A stretch of 13,608 bases of DNA, taken from Candidatus Hodarchaeota archaeon (lineage in GTDB: Archaea > Asgardarchaeota > Heimdallarchaeia > Hodarchaeales > Hodarchaeaceae). Location: contig JAHQWW010000101.1 of assembly GCA_029856365.1 (NCBI GenBank), positions 1 to 13,608 on the forward strand, written 5' to 3'. This document shows, in pieces, positions 7,017 through 13,608 of the stretch. The notes under the pieces were generated by a model. That model did not search any database. It saw only the letters and a program-made list of their open reading frames with translations, and was not told the DNA's origin. Made by a program: the position numbers and the translations under genes. Numbering within the stretch: position 1 is the first letter of the stretch; every line of letters starts with the position of its first letter.

Positions 7017-9770
7017 TTATGTTAATATCTCTAATTGCTCTTTTAATTGAGATTTTTTATTTTTTAATTCTGCTAACTTCTCTTCCTCTTTTTCTACGAT
7101 CTCAGGAGGTGCTTTTTGCACAAATGGGCCTTTTAATTTTATAGATATCTGTTCTATATTCTTCTTAACTTTGATTAATTGTTTTTCTACTTTTCTCTTC
7201 TCTTTTTCTAGGTCAATTAATTCTTCTAGAGGAATGTACGCAGTTAAACCAGGTATGACAACTCGAGCAGCTCGTTTTGATGGTTCTTTTTCAGATGAAA
7301 TTGTTATTTTCGCGGGATCGATTTTCGCTAAAGTAATTATTTCTCTTCTTGTTTTTTCGAATGTAGCGATATTTTCACCTGTTTTTATTTGTAAGGGAAT
7401 TGTTTTACTTAATCCAACATTAAATACTGCCCGAATTCGCCTTATTTCATGAATTAAATCTGTTGTGAACTGGAACTCCTCTTCCAGTTTTTCATCAATG
7501 AACGTATCAGTATATTCTGGCCATTTAGCAACAATTATTGCTGGTCCACGTCTAATATTAGCAGGTAGATTCTGCCATAATTTCTCGGTAATAAACGGAA
7601 CAATCGGGTGAAGTAATTTAAATGTAATATCTAAAATATGGACTAAAATAGCTTTAGGAATGATCTTCTCTTCTTCATTCTCACCATATAGACGAATTTT
7701 AGATATTTCAATGTACCAGTCACAGAATTCATTCCAATAGAAGTTCTTAATTTCGCGTGAGGCCCTTAGGTAATCAAATGACTCCATACATTCTGTAACT
7801 GTTTTTACAAGTTGATTTAATCGGGATAAAATCCATTTATCAGGAATACCAAGGTCTTCTTTCTTGATTTCATTTATTGTTTGGATATTTTCATCTTTTT
7901 GGATATTATTAAGTACAAAACGAGTTGATTGCCAGATTTTATTCAGAAAGTGATGAGCACTGTCTAGTTGTCTTGGGTCTAAATTTGTGTCAATACCAGG
8001 AATGCTATTAGATATTAGAACATATCGTAATGAATCAGCCCCGTGTTCAAATATGATGTGTAGGGGATCGTATTTATCGACATCCTCCATAGACTTACTA
8101 ATCTTTCTACCCCTTTCATCTCGAATGAGCCCATGGAGATACACTGTCTTATAAGGAACCTTCCCTGTTAGTTCAATTCCTAACATCATTTCTCTGGCTA
8201 CCCAAAAGAATAGAATGTCATATCCTGTTTCTCTTGTACTTGTGGGGTAAAATCGTTGATAATCTGCACTCTCAATATTTGGCCAACCAAGTGTTGCATA
8301 GGGCCATAATCCACTTGAAAACCAAGTATCTAAGACATCTTCTTCTTGTGTTAAATTGTTACTACTACAGTTTGGGCATTTTTGAGGGTCATCCACATTT
8401 GGTGAAGGACAGATTTCTTCAGAACAGTCAGTACAATACCAAATTGGTATCCTATGGCCCCACCAAAGTTGTCTGGAGATACACCAATCATGAATATTTT
8501 CCATCCATTGGAAGAATCTTTTCTCTTCCCTTTTAGGGATAATTATTGTTTCTTTTTTTCGGACTTTATCCATGGCTGCTTCTGCTAGCGGTTTGGTTTT
8601 GACAAACCATTGAATAGATACTCTCGGCTCAACTAAAGTGTGACATCTTTGACAATGAGGTTCTTGATGAAGATAGGGTTCGATTTTAACAAGTAATCTT
8701 TCTTTCTCTAAATCTTTGACAATAGCTTCCCGACATTCAAATCGATCCATTCCAACATAAGGACCTGAATGTTCAGGAAGCATAGTTACTGCTTCATCTA
8801 GAATAGTTATTACTTCTAAATTATGCTGTTGGCCAATCTCGAAGTCATTAGGATCATGGCCAGGAGTAATTTTTAAAGCTCCTGTTCCAAATTCAGGATC
8901 TACGTAATCGTCAACGAAAATTGGAATTTCACGAGCGTTTACTGGTAGAATAGCTTTCTTAGTGACAAATTTCCCATATTCCTTATGATTTGCCGCAATA
9001 GCAACGCCTGTATCGCCTAAAAGAGTCTCGGGCCGAGTTGTAGCTACAACAATGAAATCTGATGCTCCTTCGGCCCACTTTCCGCTTCCCCATTCATGAA
9101 TAGGTTTTTCCCAGCTCTTACTTACAATTGGATATTTGATATACCATAAATGGCTGGCTTTTTCTTCAGATTCTGTTTCCAGATCAGAAATAGCTGATTC
9201 ACACCGAGGACACCAATTAATCATGTATTCGCCTCGATAAATCAAGCCTTTAGTATATAACCGATAAAAGGCCTCTCGAACAGCTTCTACATAGTTTGCA
9301 TCTAGTGTAAAGTGTTCACGGTCCCAGTCGCTACTCATTCCCATTCGTTTTGACTGTTCTGTTATCCGAGCTTGGTATATGTACTTCCATTCCCACACTT
9401 TTTCAACAAATTTTTCACGACCCAAGTTTTTCCTCTTAATTCCTTGTTTTAATAATTCTCTTTCAACGACATTTTGTGTAGCAATTCCCGCGTGATCAGT
9501 ACCAGGTATGAATAATGCTTCTTTCTGTTTCATCCTCTCATATCGAGTCATCGTGTCTTCAATGGATATAGTGACTGCATGACCTAGATGCAAAATTCCT
9601 GTTACATTTGGTAATGGAATAGTGATACAAAATCTGGGGCTTATTTTTCTATCTACCAATCCCAATTCGATTTGTTTTTCAGGTTTGAAAAAGCCCTCTC
9701 CTTCCCACCATTGATAGATTTCTTCTTCAATGTCGTGATGTTCATAAGACGTGGCAAGTCCATCTTTCAT
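7017..9770 (-). CDS. valS: Valine--tRNA ligase (bacterial/eukaryotic type, with C-terminal coiled-coil arm)
   Basis: PLPNVTGILHLGH (HIGH), GTDHAGIATQ, ATTRPET editing motif, GTGALKITPGHD, WCISRQLWWGHRIP, DVLDTWFSS and KISKS (KMSKS), plus a C-terminal coiled coil. GGAG RBS on the minus strand at 9779-9782. Confidence 0.98.
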   Translation of the reverse strand: MKDGLATSYEHHDIEEEIYQWWEGEGFFKPEKQIELGLVDRKISPRFCITIPLPNVTGILHLGHAVTISIEDTMTRYERMKQKEALFIPGTDHAGIATQNVVERELLKQGIKRKNLGREKFVEKVWEWKYIYQARITEQSKRMGMSSDWDREHFTLDANYVEAVREAFYRLYTKGLIYRGEYMINWCPRCESAISDLETESEEKASHLWYIKYPIVSKSWEKPIHEWGSGKWAEGASDFIVVATTRPETLLGDTGVAIAANHKEYGKFVTKKAILPVNAREIPIFVDDYVDPEFGTGALKITPGHDPNDFEIGQQHNLEVITILDEAVTMLPEHSGPYVGMDRFECREAIVKDLEKERLLVKIEPYLHQEPHCQRCHTLVEPRVSIQWFVKTKPLAEAAMDKVRKKETIIIPKREEKRFFQWMENIHDWCISRQLWWGHRIPIWYCTDCSEEICPSPNVDDPQKCPNCSSNNLTQEEDVLDTWFSSGLWPYATLGWPNIESADYQRFYPTSTRETGYDILFFWVAREMMLGIELTGKVPYKTVYLHGLIRDERGRKISKSMEDVDKYDPLHIIFEHGADSLRYVLISNSIPGIDTNLDPRQLDSAHHFLNKIWQSTRFVLNNIQKDENIQTINEIKKEDLGIPDKWILSRLNQLVKTVTECMESFDYLRASREIKNFYWNEFCDWYIEISKIRLYGENEEEKIIPKAILVHILDITFKLLHPIVPFITEKLWQNLPANIRRGPAIIVAKWPEYTDTFIDEKLEEEFQFTTDLIHEIRRIRAVFNVGLSKTIPLQIKTGENIATFEKTRREIITLAKIDPAKITISSEKEPSKRAARVVIPGLTAYIPLEELIDLEKEKRKVEKQLIKVKKNIEQISIKLKGPFVQKAPPEIVEKEEEKLAELKNKKSQLKEQLEILT

Positions 9771-10104
9771 ATCTATTTCTCCATATAAGTAAGCAAAATG
9801 TATTGTTTGTAGGTCGCAAGACTGATTGTATGAAGAATTATCCTAGAAATTGCCTTAGCTTCGCACTTTTTCCGATTATTTATAGAATTTTTTTGAATTA
9901 TTTTTAACCAATTTAAAACTATTTAAATCATATCATTTCGTCTTGATCTTAACTAGTTCAAGTCTGAAACTCTGGTTTTATCTTTATCTAGACATTGATC
10001 TTCTATTCATTTTTTCTGATAATTTTCCAGTTCGTTGGTCAGAATTATTCCCAAAATAGTTAGATGCTGATTGGGTTTTTAGAAACTCTTTACCACTGTT
10101 ATTG

Positions 10105-10151
10105 TGAAATTTTTTATAACTGAAGTACAAACTAGTTGGTCTAACCGAGGT
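10105..10151 (+). promoter_or_regulatory. Archaeal-type promoter and RBS for the NTPase operon
   Basis: GAAA followed by TTTTTTATAA (~10110-10119) about 45 nt upstream of ATG 10161; GAGGT RBS at 10147-10151. Confidence 0.5.
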
Positions 10152-10160
10152 TAACTCTAC

Positions 10161-11891
10161 ATGTGTCCGTATGATAGTTTTTTGAAGCCATGTGAACCCC
10201 ATTTAGTCGTAGGTCGACGAAGCCATGAGAAACGCTTTGAAACGATATTATCCGATTTTAAAGGAGAAAAACTAAAGGAAAATTTCATACTCATTTCTGG
10301 ATCACCCGGCATTGGGAAAACTAGCTTGCTGAACGTTTTTGGTGAGATCGTTAGAAATGAGATGATGGCTTATGGTCAAGTTACAGTCGGAATGGGCGGA
10401 AAAATGAATCGCAACTTATTCCGTGATATATATCAAGCAATTTCACCTTATTTAACAGAAGAAAAGAAGGGATTCTTTAAGAGATCAAAGGAAGAAGAGA
10501 TAAAATCATTTCCTCCGAAATCACAAATATCTGAAATTATCAGTAGTTTTACTAATAATTTAACAGCTCGCCCTCCTAAATCCCCAATTGTAATTGCTTT
10601 AGATCCCATTGATCGGATATCAGATTCTGGTCAAAACTATGTAATTAGTGGGCTAGCTGATCTGCTAAAAGTTCTTCAAAGCAAATTTCCACAATTATTA
10701 TTTATTGGTACAATCCAAGAATACAACTTAGATGAGATTAAAGAACTTCTCCAAATTAGTGAGCATTTTGTGTTAGATAGACTGGATTTTTCTGATTCAA
10801 AACTTCTCCTCTCTAAAATTGCCCGTGGAAAGTTGCAGACTAGTAGTCAATTACGTGATGAACTTGTAAAACAGAGCGATCGTTCACCTTTCAACCTTGT
10901 TTTCGTCGTAGATGTCGTCCGATGGGCTGAAGACAAAATTGAACGAGAAGGATTAGATGAAAGTGAGAGAATAATCCAAGAAATAGCTAAACCTTTCATT
11001 CGTACCTTCGCACTTAGGGCCTTTCTCCAAGAGATATTTAAAATTGATGAGGAAGAAAATAAATTACTTCAATTGATGTTAGGCTCCCCCCGAAATGCTG
11101 TTCCCCAAGAAACATTTGACTCAGCGAGAATTCCAAAGGATTTAATCAATAGCTTAGAAACTAAAGGTTTAATTCAAAAGCTAGGTGATTATTACCAATT
11201 TCCAAGCTATGCTGTATTTTCTCTTTTGGGGTCAGGGCTTACAGTCGTTGATTTAAAAGCTGAAGCCAGTTTACTACTCCAGATTCTTGAAGCAGATATG
11301 ATGATGGGATTTGAAATGAATCCAAAGGTTCTGGAACGATTAGAGCAGGCATCATACTCAACAGAACGATTGGAAGACAAATCCATCCCTAATCGATCAA
11401 AATCTCTTTATCAAAGTGCTTTCGAGGCTAAGAAATTCTTTGAAGCATACCGCCTAGCACTTCTAACAGGAAATTTTCTGCGAATGGCGAAAGATACTGA
11501 GGGTAGTGGCGTTTTCTTCGAAGAATGTGCCCAAGCGTTCTATAATCAGGAGAAAATCCCGTACACGGTAGCTCTTTATCGTAAAAGTATCGAATCTTAT
11601 CGTCTTGTTAAGAATGAGCGAAAACGTAAAGATATTAGCCAACGTACAGCTATGCTGTATCTGCAAAATGCAGAAAGATATGATAAACAAAAACAATTAG
11701 AATTAGCCCGATCGTCATATTTCCATGCATTCAAGCTATTTGAAGGAGCAGATGATGTTAATTCGGCCATAGATGCAATTAATAAAGCAATCAGAACTTA
11801 TACTTCAGATATACAAGCCCAATTTTTTAAAAACCTTTTAGCAAGTACTACACCTAAATCGGTGGAGGTTTCTCCCGAAACCAATATTTAA
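10161..11891 (+). CDS. STAND-like / AAA_16-like P-loop NTPase with probable winged-helix and C-terminal alpha-SNAP/TPR-like repeats
   Basis: N-terminal VVGR (hhGR), Walker A GSPGIGKTS (10299-10325), Walker B-like IVIALDPID (10587-10613), GxP-equivalent SDRSPFNL, wHTH-like INSLETKGLIQK...YQF, and TPR/SNAP-like helices from ~aa 428. Confidence 0.8.
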   Translation: MCPYDSFLKPCEPHLVVGRRSHEKRFETILSDFKGEKLKENFILISGSPGIGKTSLLNVFGEIVRNEMMAYGQVTVGMGGKMNRNLFRDIYQAISPYLTEEKKGFFKRSKEEEIKSFPPKSQISEIISSFTNNLTARPPKSPIVIALDPIDRISDSGQNYVISGLADLLKVLQSKFPQLLFIGTIQEYNLDEIKELLQISEHFVLDRLDFSDSKLLLSKIARGKLQTSSQLRDELVKQSDRSPFNLVFVVDVVRWAEDKIEREGLDESERIIQEIAKPFIRTFALRAFLQEIFKIDEEENKLLQLMLGSPRNAVPQETFDSARIPKDLINSLETKGLIQKLGDYYQFPSYAVFSLLGSGLTVVDLKAEASLLLQILEADMMMGFEMNPKVLERLEQASYSTERLEDKSIPNRSKSLYQSAFEAKKFFEAYRLALLTGNFLRMAKDTEGSGVFFEECAQAFYNQEKIPYTVALYRKSIESYRLVKNERKRKDISQRTAMLYLQNAERYDKQKQLELARSSYFHAFKLFEGADDVNSAIDAINKAIRTYTSDIQAQFFKNLLASTTPKSVEVSPETNI

Positions 11892-11893
11892 CG

Positions 11894-11898
11894 GGTGA
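11894..11898 (+). promoter_or_regulatory. Ribosome-binding site GGTGA in the 12-nt spacer between the NTPase and coiled-coil genes
   Basis: TAA(11889-91)-CG-GGTGA-GAATT-ATG(11904). Confidence 0.65.
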
Positions 11899-11903
11899 GA
11901 ATT

Positions 11904-13608
11904 ATGAGTACAGAACAGGATGAAAAAATTAGTAGAATAAAAGACCATAAAGAAAAGATTGAAAGTGAAAATACTCAAATTCAGAAGAGAATTCTTGATT
12001 TTCAAAAAGAAAGCAAAAAAGCGTTAGAAAGTTTTTCTAGCAGCCTAGCCCAATCCAAAGATAGTACTCTTTCTGAAATCAACTCTTTAATAAATAATAT
12101 CGATAATCTTACAAGAGAATTAGAGGATTATAAGAAGAAAACCATTGTATCAGAGCAAGATGCATTAAACGACCGTTTGAACAATTTATTGGAACAAATT
12201 AATTCCAGTGTTCAGAAACTTCAGAAATCAATGGTTAATTTATCAACAAAACAGGAAGAGGATGTTTCTTCTATTTATTCTCAAATGGCGGGAAAAGTCA
12301 ACACTGGCTTGAGTGATATTTATTCCATTCAACGGGATCAAATCTCTGAATTTGAGGATTCCATTTCCAATAAATTAGCTCAGATTCAACGTGATATTGT
12401 AAGTACGGTAGAAAGTGAAAGCGCTAATCAAAGAGAAATGACTGAAAATATTACCTCCTCATTTTTGGAATCATTAACTGATTTTCAGGCTAAAATCAGA
12501 GATCTTAGTGACTCCAAAGAAACTAATGTTGATGCTATCTTTACGGGTACCGTAAGTGACTCTGTGGGGCGGCTGGAGATGGCCAAAGAGGATTTAGAAG
12601 CAGGTATCGATGGTGTGATGAATAGTCTTGAAGAAAGTCTGGCAAGTCAAAAAGCTAACAATAGAGAGATGCAAAAAGCCATTCATGAAGCCATAATAAA
12701 AGCAAAGTCAGATGTTAAAGCTAGGATTGAGAACCAACTGATTGAAGCGATTAAAGATTGGAAATCAGTACAAGAAGGGCATCAAAGTGCTTTCTCCGTG
12801 ATTAAAGAAACTACTGAGAAATCTTTTCAAAGTGCTTTGGCATCGGATGAAAGCTCCCAAGCTAATATGTTAACAGAGCTAGAACATCAACTTAAGACAA
12901 ATTTATATAATGAAATTGACAATATTACGCTCTCATTCAGTAAATTCCAAGATTCATTTCTTAATCAAATTGATGCGCTTATATCTCGGTTAACTAGTGC
13001 ACGTGAGGAGATGAAAGGGAGTTTAGAGGGTCTTCTCATAACTAACTTAAATAAAATCGGTGTCATAGGGAAAAAACTCGAAGACCAGCTCTCAGGAGTC
13101 ATCTCTCAAGTTTCCGATGAATATAAACAGACTCGTGAAAGTACTTACTCTAGTTTAATGAATACTGTTGAAGATAGATTCAGTGCAATTGATTCATCCT
13201 TAGAAGAATTCAAAGCGAATACATCTACCAAGTTTGATGAAACTGCATCTGATTTAGATGTTTCCATGATGAATTTTTTCGATAATACAGAGATTATTGT
13301 CAGTGATACAATTGATAAAAATGCTAGTACACTTGATCAACTAGAAAATACGGTGAATGAATCATTCAGAACTCTTCAATCAGGACAGGAAAAGAATATC
13401 GAAACTACTCTCACAGACATTCGGAGTAACTTACGAAATAAACAGAGTGAATTGATCACTACTATTAGCAGCATTTCGCCTGCAGCTGAAGACCATATTG
13501 AATCTAATCGGGAATACATCGAGGAAAAGAAATCCGAAGTAACAAGAACAAGTAGAGCAGCATTTGATGATCTTAGGAAGCAAATAACTGCTATTAAGCA
13601 AGATGGGA
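11904..13608 (+). CDS. Large all-helical coiled-coil protein with 11-residue periodicity (partial, 3' end outside the window; absent from the ORF track)
   Basis: Open from ATG 11904 to the window end (568 codons: MSTEQDEKISRIKDHKEKIESENTQIQKRILDFQKES...DDLRKQITAIKQDG). In my manual translation it has one Pro and no Cys, is rich in S/E/D/K/Q/I/L, and shows no TM segment. Confidence 0.92.
   Translation, partial: MSTEQDEKISRIKDHKEKIESENTQIQKRILDFQKESKKALESFSSSLAQSKDSTLSEINSLINNIDNLTRELEDYKKKTIVSEQDALNDRLNNLLEQINSSVQKLQKSMVNLSTKQEEDVSSIYSQMAGKVNTGLSDIYSIQRDQISEFEDSISNKLAQIQRDIVSTVESESANQREMTENITSSFLESLTDFQAKIRDLSDSKETNVDAIFTGTVSDSVGRLEMAKEDLEAGIDGVMNSLEESLASQKANNREMQKAIHEAIIKAKSDVKARIENQLIEAIKDWKSVQEGHQSAFSVIKETTEKSFQSALASDESSQANMLTELEHQLKTNLYNEIDNITLSFSKFQDSFLNQIDALISRLTSAREEMKGSLEGLLITNLNKIGVIGKKLEDQLSGVISQVSDEYKQTRESTYSSLMNTVEDRFSAIDSSLEEFKANTSTKFDETASDLDVSMMNFFDNTEIIVSDTIDKNASTLDQLENTVNESFRTLQSGQEKNIETTLTDIRSNLRNKQSELITTISSISPAAEDHIESNREYIEEKKSEVTRTSRAAFDDLRKQITAIKQDG

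Noticed and set aside
6935-8536. + strand ORFs 6935..7144, 7171..7452 and 8234..8536
   Set aside because: Antisense to valS; the hydrophobicity arises from the complement of Lys/Glu-rich codons.
9771-10100. T-box riboswitch upstream of the bacterial-type valS
   Set aside because: No T-box consensus (GGTGGNACCGCG) or antiterminator seen on the minus strand.
9984-11696. Minus-strand ORFs 9984..10202 and 11463..11696
   Set aside because: They overlap the promoter or body of the NTPase gene in antisense and show no protein-like features.
11904-13608. SMC or methyl-accepting chemotaxis protein
   Set aside because: No N-terminal Walker A, hinge, TM helices or MCP hairpin signature in the visible part.
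1-13608. CRISPR array, rRNA, transposase
   Set aside because: No regularly spaced repeats, rRNA-like sequence or transposase motifs seen.

Overview
AT-rich prokaryotic window, most likely archaeal. GGTGA/GAGGT ribosome-binding sites, TATA-like boxes and the protein types suggest an Asgard/Heimdallarchaeia-like lineage; this is inference only. The left ~7 kb is a low-density accessory region. It holds a stop-interrupted membrane protein gene, a flavodoxin, an antitoxin-PIN (VapBC-like) pair, a stop-interrupted CBS-pair gene, a secreted membrane-anchored Ntn (Cys) hydrolase, an unannotated 37-aa ORF followed by a GC-rich multi-hairpin region with a canonical box C/D kink-turn, and a secreted C-terminally anchored protein. 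The right half holds a bacterial-type valyl-tRNA synthetase and a divergent putative operon. That operon encodes a STAND-like P-loop NTPase (degenerate Walker B, MinD-like KKGFFKR motif, C-terminal alpha-SNAP/TPR-like helical domain) and a >568-aa 11-residue-periodic helical protein that is missing from the ORF track and runs off the window. The NTPase-SNAP plus coiled-coil pair and the kink-turn RNA are the best candidates for undescribed biology.
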